Positions 26,401 to 38,079 of a DNA stretch of 64,000 nt are shown here, piece after piece. Each line of letters begins with the position of its first letter. The first letter of the stretch is position 1. The position numbers and the translations under genes were made by a program. The stretch is taken from contig NC_092371.1 in NCBI RefSeq assembly GCF_030028105.1, positions 14,777,884 to 14,841,883 of the forward strand, read 5' to 3'. Under the pieces are notes generated by a model. That model was not told the DNA's origin. It worked only from the letters and a program-made list of their open reading frames with translations, and made no database searches. The stretch comes from Mobula birostris. Taxonomy: Eukaryota.

Positions 26401-29005
26401 GAGATAAAACACGAGATATATGCTGAATTAAAAGGGAAATGAAAGGCTGGGGAACATGCACAGGCTATAGATAATTCCAAAAGTAATATCCTCAACTAGG
26501 TAATCCCACAGTTACGACACAGTAGGATTAAACAATTAGGGCTACATAGCAATGTTTATATAAATCTTCAGAAAGTGACAATAATAACCATCTCTAAAAT
26601 AGTACGCACGGTCCTATCAATTGAGAAATGAGTGTGCTTGGCTGTGGCCGTATCTCAGGTTTTACCAACTTGAGCTTGGAATAATACAGCAACAATAATA
26701 ATATTAACAAAACACACTAGGACACCACTGATAGCGAGAAACACGACTTCCAGGACTTCAGACATCCCATCTTTCACAGTCCTATCCTCCGGGACTTGAA
26801 TCCAATTTTCCTCACTCCCTGACTCAATTATTTTCTGTGTCGTCTGTTCTAAACCCATTGGCTGCAATTATATAGAGCCATGTAAAAGGAACAGCGAGAA
26901 CTGTTAATATGTATATGGACATGCCTGGAAAAAGCGAATCCTCACCTGAGTTGCATTCTTTAAATTTCCAAATAACAATTACGATAACCAGCAATATAAG
27001 GAGCCCAAGGAAGATCGCCGCGGGAAGATAGCAGTCTGGAGAGAAAGAATTGTTGCTTGGTGAAATAATTGCTTCCAAGAGCATTTTATTCGGTGTTTCA
27101 TTTGATTGTAATGTGAGTGATTCTAAACAGGTATACACTAATTCTAAACAGCAAGAGCAAAAATTTAAACCGATGCCGTCAAGTTTGGTGCTAGATTCAG
27201 AATGTACAGACAGTTACCATCCACACCAGTGATGTTCTAACACCTAAGGATATCATCAGTGGATGCTAATTCATTTATATGTGTTGCATGTCAAGCCCTA
27301 GCCAACACACCACGGCAAATTACAAAGATATGTAAATGTATATGGCAAATAAATTTGACCCATCATCCTTAAGCTATGATGGACTACTAGAAACCCATGG
27401 AAACGCCAACTAAAGAATGACTCATCGAATGAAATAGCGCATGAAACCATACGGCTCTTCAAATCATTTCCCCGCTTTCCCCTCAGTCACCTTGCCCCTT
27501 CCAATCATTTTTAAGTTCACCATCCCAACTTGAAAGAAAGACAACGCTTTTCTTTCATGGTGGCCGTGTCTAATTCCCGCAAGCTGCTCCCAACCGCACT
27601 TCGAGAACATCACGGACATCAGATAAATAAAAAGGAGTTTTATACCAAATTGCTCAAAGAGCTCAAGGGTCGGGCAGACAAAAGTGGTGTTGCTGGAGAT
27701 AAACAGATCGTCATAAACGAATGCATACATATTAATACTTACTGTGACTTCAGTGAACCGGCGGTCTATTCCAGCAGATATTGGGGAACAATGAGGCCGA
27801 TCGGTCAATCGAGACTGCTCCGTCATTCCATCACAGATGAGTATTAATATTGCATGTGTAAAACATCGCCTTACCTTGATCTGGTTCAATCGTGGGATAG
27901 GAGACGCTCGTAGTCCTCGTCTTTCCCGCACCCCCTAGTTGTGTGATGCAGGTACAGACACCCCCGCTCCTCCAGGTTTCCACTGGGACCAGCACCTGAC
28001 TCCTAACACTGTAGCTCTGGCCTGGATCAAGCGTGCCGGGATCGCTCCATCCTTCCATGATCTGTCCGGATATGTTCCAGTAAATGATAATCTCTTTGGA
28101 AGACAGGCCGCCAACCAGACACACCAGGGGGACCGACCCGTTCACCTCAGACGGTGGGACAAATACCTGCACGTAGGTCCGAATGGTGGAGCTGTCTGGA
28201 CAGAGATTGGAACACAGTTAATCGGAGCTTTAACCGAAATACATGGGTGAGTATAATCCCATTGCCGAGTTCTCTTACCTCCAACAAGGAGTGTAGGTCC
28301 TTGCACAAGCGGTGGATAGCTTTTTTTCTCAGCACAGTAGTAGGAACCCGAATCCTCCACACGGACATCCCGGATTTCCAGCACCGATGTGCGATCTCCG
28401 GAGCCTTTTTTGTAAGTAGACCTACAACCGTTCTGTTGGCAGTCCGTGGTTTTGATCGCTACCGGGGGTTCGTCAGCACGGTGTTTGTACCAGAAAACAC
28501 TGCTCGCAAACACCGTAAGTTCACAGGACAATTCAACCGTCCGACCGACGTCTGCAGTCACTGCACCCGGAATCACAGAAAACGGCTTGGATGCTGCAAC
28601 ACAAATTATTATCAGTCAACTAAAATTATCCGGAACTGAACTAAGCGGAAATTAATCACATTGCCTGCACTTTAAAAATTAAGAAACACTTTAAAAATTC
28701 GCCGATATTTTCAGTTGCATTTGTTGGTTAAGGCGTCTAAATAACATCTAACAGAGAACCAGAAGATGTTCGACGTTAACCTGGTCAAATGCGCAAGACT
28801 TTTCCCTTATTCATTGACAGGATGTGTAGCCGGTGAAATTAGTTTGTCTATCTATCCGCAGGTGACCTTAAATTGGGACGTTTGGTGGCATTTTCAGGTC
28901 GGGCTTGGCAAATATTCTGCTCAGCGTTTGGGGTTACTTACTGTCAGAGAGGATTAGTGCGCCGCGACAGATAATCGTCACCAAAAGAAAATGAGGGAGG
29001 CTCAT
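23378..29005 (-). CDS. gene B: non-rearranging V(J)-C1-TM-ITIM immunoglobulin-superfamily receptor, 6 coding exons, about 300 aa
   Basis: Exons 29005-28942, 28593-28279, 28195-27875, 27035-26946, 23735-23686, 23440-23378. All introns are GT-AG and the phases (1,1,1,1,0) chain into a stop-free 903-nt frame. AATAAA on the minus strand at 23238-23243. Confidence 0.85.
23686..23735 (-). CDS. gene B exon 5, cytoplasmic
   Basis: Acceptor ctctttcaatgcacag|; GTHRQSATRQGHGSEAQ; donor CAG|gtacgg; 50 nt, converting phase 1 to phase 0. Confidence 0.72.
25190..26630 (+). mobile_element. R4/Dong-like non-LTR element 3' fragments (CCHC knuckle and restriction-like endonuclease)
   Basis: HNYRPD...IDIAI...ELKEEIESLW (25193-25417); HITGCC...YLHRHNQ (25868-26110); a second RLE copy at 26290-26630. 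Confidence 0.72.
26824..26861 (-). CDS. gene B candidate alternative short terminal exon (no ITIM)
   Basis: Acceptor tataattgcag|; phase-1 reading ANGFRTDDTENN*. Confidence 0.4.
26946..27035 (-). CDS. gene B exon 4, Cys stalk and transmembrane segment
   Basis: Acceptor ttctttctctccag|; DCYLPAAIFLGLLILLVIVIVIWKFKECNS; donor G|gtgagg; no charged TM residue. Confidence 0.9.
27875..28195 (-). CDS. gene B exon 3, C1-set constant domain
   Basis: Acceptor ctctgtccag|; VQVFVPP...VPLVCLVGG...IYWN...YSVRSQVLV...TWRSGGVCTC; donor G|gtaagg; 83-bp intron from V. Confidence 0.92.
28279..28593 (-). CDS. gene B exon 2, V domain with fused J-like strand
   Basis: Acceptor ttgtgttgcag|; VELSC...VFWYK...LEIRDVRVEDSGSYYCAEKKSYPPLVQGPTLLV; donor G|gtaaga. 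Confidence 0.93.
28942..29005 (-). CDS. gene B exon 1, signal peptide
   Basis: MSLPHFLLVTIICRGALILSD + A|gtaagt (phase 1). Confidence 0.8.
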
Positions 29006-31159
29006 AGAAAAATTTTTTGAATATATTTAGATAGCTTTAGAATCAGCATTAATGAGATTCTAGCTTTGTAATCCATATTTATTTGATTCACTGAAGCTTA
29101 TTTTCCCACTTGCACGGGACGTTTAATGTACTGGATAACAAACTTGTTAGGACGAGATGGGAGTTCCCAACACTGACTCACCGTAAACACGGTTCACCTG
29201 AACGGTAACGAACAGCAATAAAACTTCCATCAGCATTTGGAATCAGCCCGGTGGTTGGCTGTCGCTGCCCTCGGCTGCCGGGTGTTGGTGTGAGTTTAGC
29301 CGCGACACTGTGCAGCGCTCAGCTGCCGTGGTCCCTGCTCGGTGACGAGCTTCCGGGGCGGATCCTCTGCATCCATTCCGCGTCTTGCGCGGGTCGCACT
29401 TGGTTACCATGTCAATGCGTCACAGGCTCAAACTGCTATGGAGATTGTTCAGAAAGACTTCCAAAGTGAGCATAGATTGAGCATGGTTTCTGGGAGGCGG
29501 ACGTCCTCATGCCTGAATCCCCGCAGGAGCAGGCGATGAGTCGACGGTATTTACTTACTGCAACCCCTCTTCTAAAGGTACTCTTTGCTGTACTGGGAGA
29601 AAGAGTTCAGAACCAGAGATTTTGACGGAACACAGATATACAAGCCAGGGTAATTCACGACTTGGAGGGGAACCTGCAGTGGTGTATTACAGTCCCTACT
29701 GCACTTGCACTGCTTGGTCGTGGTCTGGGAAGAGCTGTTGGGTGCGTACATCAGTGAATGTAGGTACTGGTACTTTGAAATGGATAACACCGAGTTCGCC
29801 TGGTCGGAGCTGCGCCATGAGAGGCCAACAGAGAGTATTCCATCGAAATCGTAACCCGTGCTGAAGTCGAAATGGATTGTGCTGTCATAAAGTTTTACTC
29901 GCTCTGGGATTCACAATTTCTGACCTGTTCTTGCAGTCGCCACATTCATACAGCGAAAAGCGTTTAAAATAAATGGTGATTTCCATAGCTTTGTAGAGTA
30001 CTGAGGCTTTAAAAGACATTGGTTAGACCGTGCCTGGATTATTGTGAGTAGCTTTGGGCATCTTATCTAAGAAAGGATGAGCTGACGTTATGAGGAGCGT
30101 TGTATGCCTCTGGGCTTATACTGGCAGGAAATTAGAAGAATGGTGTGGGCAGCGTGGAATCTCATCGAAACCTGTGAAATACTGAAAGGGTGAAGGTGGA
30201 AATGTTATTTCCAATTGTAGCAGACTCTAGGACCAGAGTGCGCAGCCTCAGTAAAGTATGACACCTCTTTAGAACAGTGATAAGGAGGAAATTATTTTGC
30301 CAGGGTGTGGTGAATTTGTGAAACTCGTTGCCAGAGATGGCTGTGAACCCAAGCCATTGGTTATATTTAGAGAGAAGGTTAATAGGTTCCTGATCAGGGA
30401 AACGTTTCAGGAAAAAGGCAGGAAATGGTTTGAGAGAGAAATAAATCAGACATGATGGAATGATGGAGCAGGCTCGATGGGCTGAATAGCCTAATTCTGC
30501 TCCTATGTCATATGGTTACTGGATTATGCGGGTCTCGTTAACATGACTAAGTATCAACGCAGATCCTGTTGGAGATGATCAATGCCCCAAGATTATATTT
30601 CCCCAGTGTTAAATTTCTATTAATTTATTAAGGTTAGAGAGCTGTTTCCATTACGAAGCGCGTGTAAACCGGACGCAACATAGAGCACAATTTATGAGGT
30701 TAATTTCCACTGCAACCATGTCGGTTGCAGGGCCTTCCAGTGTGTCACATAAGATGAAGTCTAAAAGGCTGAACGCTGGGCAGCAGCGTCCAAGCTACGA
30801 AAACAGGAAACCCATAAAGAGCCTCCAGTTCGGTTGCATTTTCCATTTCATGCGTTAACTGTAGCTGCAACTGTTTGTCAGTATTTGAAGCGTCTGAGTA
30901 TGAGATAGATGCATTGTGAATGAGTCTGTCTGCAAGTTTCGCGGTCCCAATTCACTGGACACCTCTAATGACAGCACGCCCTGCTGCCTTTGTATCAGGG
31001 TCTAATTAGTTGTCCTGTTACTGAAGGTCAAATCTCTCTCGTGCAACGATTCGGCCTTGGAAGTCTATTTCGGTGGCTATTTCAGTCCAAAACCAGCAGT
31101 TGCACTTTAAATTGAAAAGTCAATCTATTTCATTCTTCGTACCTCATGTCAACTTCATC

Positions 31160-31195
31160 AGTCCTGATGAAAGGCCTCGACCCGAAACGTTAACA
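31160..31195 (+). ncRNA. degenerate hammerhead ribozyme motif (Penelope end)
   Basis: AGTC-CTGATGA-...-GAAAC-GTT; the cleavage triplet and 3' stem I are altered. Confidence 0.5.
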
Positions 31196-31359
31196 GTTTA
31201 TTCATCCCCAAATAATCTGCCTGAGTTCTGAGTTCTTTCAGCATTTTATGTCTGCATCCTAAAAGATGACTTCCTCTAATGAGGGCTCCTGCAAAATATC
31301 TACAGCGTGGAAGATATATTTGGCCGCTTTTCTTCTCAGTGGTCATTCTTCTTCTTCTT

Positions 31360-34300
31360 ACCATAGAAACCATAGAAACTACAGCACAGAAACAGGCCCT
31401 TTGGCCCTTCTTGGCTGTGCCGAACCATTTTCTGCCTAGTCCCACTGACCTGCACACGGACCATATCCCTCCATACACATCCCATCCATGTATCTGTCCA
31501 ATTTATTCTTAAACGTTAAAAAAGAACCTGCATTTACCACTGCGTCTGGCAGCTTATTCCATACTCCCACCACTCTCTGTGTGAAGAAGCCTCCCCCCCA
31601 CCCAATGTTCCCTTTAACCTTTTCCCACCTCACCCTTAACCCATGTCCTCTGTTTTTTTTTCTCCCCTTGCCTCAGTGGAAAAAGCCTGCTTGCATTCAC
31701 TCTATCTATACCCATCATAATTTTATATACCTCTATCAAATCTCCCCTCATTCTTCTACGCTCCAGGGAATAAAGTCCTAACCTATTCAACCTTTCTCTG
31801 TAAGTGAGTTTCCCAAGTCGCGGCAACATCCTTGTAAACCTTCTCTGCACTCTTTCAACCTTATTTATATCCTTGCTGTAATTTGGTGACCAAAACTGAA
31901 CACAATACTGCAGATTCGGCCTCACCAATGCCTTATACAACCTCATCATAACATTCCAGCTCTTATACTCAATACTTTGATTAATAAAGGCCAATGTACC
32001 AAAAGCTCTCTTTACGACCCTATCTACCTGTGACGACACTTTTAGGGAATTTTGTATCTGTATTCCCAGATCCCTCTGTTCCACTGCACTCCTCAGTGCC
32101 TTACCATTAACGCTGTATATTCTACGTTGGTTTGTCTTTCCAACGTGCAATACCTCACACTTGTCAGTATTAAACTCCATCTGCCATTTTTCAGCCCATT
32201 TTTCCAGCTGGTCCAAGTCCCTCTGCAGGCTCTGAAAACCTTCCTCACTGTCTACTACACCTCCAATTTTTGTATCATCAGCAAATTTGCTGATCCAATT
32301 TACCACATTATCATCCAGATCATTGATGTAGATGACAAATAACAATGGACCCAGCACTGATCCCTGTGGTACACCACTAGTCACAGACCTCCACTCAGAG
32401 AAGCAATTCTCTACCACCACTCTCTGGCTTCTTCCATCGATCCAATGTCTAATCCAATTTACAACCTCTCCATGTATACATAGCGACTGAATTTTCCTAA
32501 CTAACCTCCCATGCGGGACCTTGTCAAAGGCCTTACTGATGTCCATGTAGACAATATCCATTGCCTTCCCTTCATCCACTCTCCTGGTAACCTCCTCGAA
32601 AAACTCCAACAGATTGGTCAAACATGACCTACCACGCACAAAGCCATGTTGACTCTCCCTAATAAGCCCCTGTCTATCCAAATGCTTGTAGATTCTGTCT
32701 CTTAGTACTCCCTCCAATAACTTACCTACTACTGGCGTTAAACTCACCGGCCTATAATTTCCCGGATTAGTTTTCGATCCTTTTTTAAACAACGGAACAA
32801 CATGAGCCACTATCCAATCCTCCGGCACTTCACCTGTAGACAGCGACATTTTAAATATTTCTGCCAAGGACCCCGCAATTTCAAGACTAGTCTCCTTCAA
32901 GGTCCGAAGGAACACTCTGTCAGGTCCCGGGGATTTATCCCCTTTAATTTTCCTCAAGACAGCAAGCACCTCCTCCTTTTCAATCTGTACAGTTTCCATG
33001 GTCTCACTACTTGATTTCCTCAATTCCATAGATTTCATGCCAGCTTCCTTAGTAAATACAGACGCAAAAAACCTATTTAAGATCTCCCCCATTTCCTTTG
33101 GTTCCGCACAAAGCCGACCACTCTGATTTCAAGAGGACCAATTTTATCCCTTACAATCCTTTTGCTCTTAATATATTTGTAAAAGCTCTTTGGATTATCA
33201 TTCACTTTGACTGCCAAGGCAATTTCATGTCTTCTTTTAGCCCTCCTGATTTCTTTCTTAAGTAGTTTCTTGCACTTCTTATACTCCTCAAGCACCTGAT
33301 TTACCCTCTGTTTCCTATACATTTCATACAACTCCCTCTTCTTCTTTATCAGAGTTGCAATATCCCTTGAGAACCAAGGTTCCTTATTCCTATTCAATTT
33401 GCCTTTAATCCTGACAGGAACATACAAACTCTGCACTCTCAAAATTTCCCCTTTGAAGGCTTCCCACCTACCAATCACATCTTTGCCAGAGAACAACCTG
33501 TCCCAATCCACGCTTTTTAGATCCTTTCTCATTTCTTCAAATTTGGCCTTCTTCCAGTTCAGAACCTCAACCCTAGGACCAGATCTATCCTTGTCCATGA
33601 TCAAATTGAAACTAATGGTGTTATGATCACTGGAACCAAAGTGCTCCCCTACACAGACTTCTGTCACTTGCCCTAATTCGTTACCTAATAGGAGATTCAA
33701 TATTGCAACCCCCCTAGTTGTTCCCTCTATATATTGATTTAGAAAACTTTCCTGAACACATTTTACAAACTGTAAACCATCTAGACCCCTAACAGCATGG
33801 GAGTCCCAATCAATGTACGGAAAATTAAAATCCCCTACCACCACAACTTTATGTTTCCTGCAGTTGCCTGCTATCTCTCTGCAGATTTGCTCTTCCAAGT
33901 CTCGTTGACTATTGGGTGGTCTGTAATACAATCCCACTAATGTGGCCATACCTTTCCTGTTTCTCAGCTCCACACATAAGGACTCCGTAGACAAGCCCTC
34001 TATTCTGTCCTGCCTGAGCACTGCTGTAATATTTTCCCTAACAAGCAATGCTACTCCCCCACCTTTCATTCCTCTGCCTCGATCACATCCGAAACATCGG
34101 AACCCTGGAATATTAAGCTGCCAGTCCTGCCCCTCCTGTAGCCAAGTTTCACTAATTGCTACAACATCATAATTCCACGTGTCAATCCACGCCCTCAACT
34201 CATCCGCCTTCCCCACAATACTCCTAGCATTGAAATATATACACCTCAGAAGACTGTTACCACCACTCACAACCTTTCTATCAGCGGATTTGCTTTAACT

Positions 34301-35235
34301 TTCAACATCATTTATTTTCACCCCAGCCACACTGTCAGCTCAGGCACTCTGGTTCCCATCCCCTTGCAAATCAAGTTTAAAGCCTCCCCAATAGCACTAA
34401 CAAACCTCCCTGAAAGGATATTGGTCCCCCTGTGGTTCAAGTGTAACCCGTCTCTCTTGTACAGGTCCCACCTGCCCTAGAAGAGGTCCCAATGATCCTG
34501 AAATCTGAAACCCTGCCCCCTACACCAGTTCCTCAGCCACTTGTTCCTCCTCCAGAGCATCCTATTCCTACCCTCACTGGCACACAGCACTGGTAGCAAT
34601 CCTGAGATTACCACCCTCGAGGTCCTGGTTTTCAACTTCCTACCAAGCTCTCTATACTCACTCTCCAGGACCTCCTCATTCTTCCTTGCTATGTCATTCG
34701 TACCGATGTGCACCACAACATCTGGCTGATCACTCTCCCACTTCAGAATGTCATGCAATCGATCAGAGACATCCTTGACCCTGGCACCTGGGAGGAAACA
34801 AACCATCCTGGATTCTCTGTCACGACCACAGAACCTCCTATCTGCACCTCCAACTATCGAGTCCCCTATCACTACCGCTCTCCTCTTTCTCCCCCCTCCC
34901 TTCTGCACTGCAGAGCCAGTCTCAGTGCCAGAGATCCGGCTACTGCAGCTTGTCCCAGGTAAGTCATCCCCCCAACAGTATCCAATGCGGTATACTTGTT
35001 GCTGAGGGGAATGGCCACAGAGAAACCCTGCTCTGTCTGCCTTTTCCCCTTCCCTCGCCTGACAGTGACCCAATTTCCTATCCTCTGCTCCTTTGGCGTA
35101 ACTACCTCCCTGTAGCTACGATCTATAATCTCCTCATTCTCCCGAATGATCCGCAGGTCATCCAGCTCCTGCTCCAGTTCCCTAACGCGGTTTGTCAGGA
35201 GCTGCAGCTGGATGCACTTCCAGCAGGTGTCGAGG
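31360..35235 (-). mobile_element. near-full-length, young CR1 LINE (ORF1 SGNH esterase; ORF2 APE endonuclease and RT)
   Basis: ORFs 34477-35073, 33077-34270 and 31614-33092; FADDTK; frameshift near 33128; (ccatagaaa) tail at about 31361. Confidence 0.96.
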
Positions 35236-35244
35236 AAGAAGGTT

Positions 35245-36350
35245 ACGAAACAGTCCTAGGGAATTGGAGGAGAATATTCACAGAGAGATTTCCAATTATT
35301 GCAAGAAACAGAAGGTTGTAATCGGAGGTTATTTTGCATTTCCACAGATTGACTTGGACTCCCATATAGTAAAATAATTGGATGGTAAGAATATGACATG
35401 TTTGTTTAGGAAAGTCTCCTTAATCAGTACGTAGATTCCCATAGAGAAACAAAATGAGATACTGGATCTCCTACCACGGAATGGGTGGGGACATGTGAAA
35501 GAAATGTGTACAGAACACTTTCAATGTACTGATCATAATGCCATTAGTTTTATGGTAATTGTAGAAAACGAATAGGCCTGGTCCTCCGGTAGTGATTCGA
35601 AATTGCAGAAAGTTCATTTTCAATGGTCTACGAACGTATCTGAGAAGTGTGGAATGAGACGGTTGTTTCTGGCGAATGCGTAATTGGTAAGTTGGAGGCG
35701 CTAAGAAGTGAAATTTTGAGAATACATAGTTTGTATGTCCGTGTCAGAATAAAGGGCAAGGAAGAACGGGTTACGGAACTCGCTGTCGTCGTGGTTAAGA
35801 TATGGTGCATAGAAGGTATAGGGAGGTAGAAAAAATGAGGTACTTGAGGAGTATATGAAATGCAAGAGAACACTGAAGAAGGAGCTCCGAATGGATAAAA
35901 GAATGCACGAGGTTGCACCTGCAGACAAGATGAAGGAGATTCCGAACTGCAACAGATAAGTTAAAAGCAAAAGGATAGCAAGGCACAAAATAGATCTTCT
36001 GGATGATCAGAGTAGTAATCTATTTGTGGAGCCGAAAGAGATGCCAAAGATCTTATAGGTATTATTTTTGCATCTATATTTTCTTTGGAGACAGACGCAG
36101 AGTCTACAGAATTGAGGAAAAGCAGTTTCGAGGTCATTGCCCCTACACAAATTACAGATGGTCGTGACAGTGTGAACCGAGATGTCAGCTCAAGTTGTGG
36201 ATGCGAGTTCTATTTCAATATTTAAGAGAAATTTGGAGCGATACATTAAGGGGAATGATATGGGGGGAGGGGCTATGGGACTAGGCAGATTAATATTTTG
36301 GACTAAACGGGCCAAACGTCTGTTTCTGTGCTGTGGTGTTCTATGACTCA
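35245..36350 (+). mobile_element. degraded, internally deleted CR1 fragment
   Basis: Endonuclease and linker remnants; CR1 3' tail ctgtgctgtggtgttctatg at about 36330. Confidence 0.7.
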
Positions 36351-38079
36351 TTGAATCTCTTGTGCAAACCCCAAATTAGGAGAGTGTTGAAGTCAGCAGT
36401 GGTGACAAACCAGTGCAGGATATGATTATGAGGGCATTGGCGAAATCGGTACATTTTCGCATGCACTCTAGCAGTATTGCACTTCTAGTTCATGAAACAG
36501 CCGAAACTTTATCTGGCCGAAGCAGATTGGTTTAAGTTATCGGATGCTCGCTCTAGAATAACAATAGTGATTCATTCCCGGTGTATAGTAGTGACAGCGC
36601 TCACTGAAACGATTTGAGGAAAGCAAATGATCCATACTGCTCATTCAACTACCCTGCTCCATTCATTACAAGAGGGCCTACGCACAAAGAAGTTTATTGA
36701 CTTTACACTTCTTACAGTGTCTGAAATTGTGACAAACAGTACTGAAATAAAAACCCACTGTTTTTTTTTGGACGGGTTTGTCGTGTCTCGTCAGAGACAC
36801 ATCCTTAGTGATCTCCGCTACCGCCACATGGTCACTTGTGCAACCTTCAGCAGCTCTCTTTCCCATGTCCAACTGCCTACCCACTGCCGGCGTGCCTGTC
36901 CCTATTCCCTGAACTATACCCTTTAATTTATAAAACTGCCAGATCGCTTAGACTCAAAATTTTCTGGGTATCATTGGGAATGGAGCCGTGCAATATTTTG
37001 ACATCGATAAATACCATGCAAATTCTGCGCATGATGTTAATACATTGTGAATATTCCGATTTCACCGATGGAGTAATTCATTTCCTGAATAGAAACAAAT
37101 CTGCACGCAATATCCAGAGGTTGATTGAAAAATTCAGTTGAATAATACATCGGAAACATTGTAAAGACTCCTATAGCATTTATTTCCGGAAATCTTTAAT
37201 CAGCGGGCTTCCTTTCTTGATTTATGTATGCCAATAGTCTTGAGTCACATATTAGTGGAGTTTTAGTCTTTGCGCCTGTTTATGCCCTGATGCTTTTCGA
37301 CTGCATGTGTGCTCCACGGAAGCCCGCAATGTCGAAGTTCCGCAAAGTAGTTTTAACTTTCCTGTGAGATTGAAGTTTCAGTGCTGATTGCGGTGATTAA
37401 ACGCGGTTCTGATGAATCCTAAGAATGAATGCGGATTTTTTTCCTTGGTGTTGATGCTGGCGGTTGAGTTCAGTTGTGAGAAAGTTCAGAATGAGGACAG
37501 ATAAAATTGAAATCAAAGGTAAAGTGTTCAGCAGTGGCCTCAGACAGAACCTCTTCACAAATTGTGGTGAAATCTGCAAATGTGTCTCAGATCGGCGATC
37601 TCAGCGCATCGGTTGCTTAAGCAACCCAGAGTAAAGCGATTTGGGATCAAGTTCCAAAGTTCAATGTAATTTTATTATCAACGTACATATATATCATCAT
37701 ATACAAACCTAGGAATTGCTTGCTTGCCGGCATGCTCAGGAAATCCAAGACCACAACAGAATCAATAAGAGATCGTACCAGTAAGTTAGGTATACACCCA
37801 GTGAGCAAAAGACAATAAACTGAGCAAATACCAAAGAAAAATAAAGAAATCAAAATAAATCAATGAACAATAAGCAGAGAACATGGGTGCACTTGAGTGA
37901 TTTAGCCATTAAGTAGTTCGACATCACAGAAATACACTGAGTACCCACTTTTTGTTTTTTTACGTACAACTATATGCCTGATTATTAACGTAAATATCTG
38001 CACAGTTAATCGCGTTTGAGCATCTCAACGTATTCAAGTATGCAGATATGGCCAAGAGGTTCAGTTGTCGTTTAGATCA

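Noticed and set aside
27218-27243. 26-nt AG/GT micro-exon candidate between C1 and TM of gene B
   Set aside because: It ends in phase 0 while the TM exon needs phase 1, so inclusion would shift the frame
27464-27931. 155-aa minus-strand ORF overlapping the C1 exon end
   Set aside because: Off-frame to C1 and runs through intron; candidate internal exons did not chain in phase
30700-31080. V-like motifs (MSVAGPSSVS, W..QQRP, FGLGS)
   Set aside because: Trp-to-Cys spacing is about 80 codons, too long for a V domain, and several frameshifts are needed
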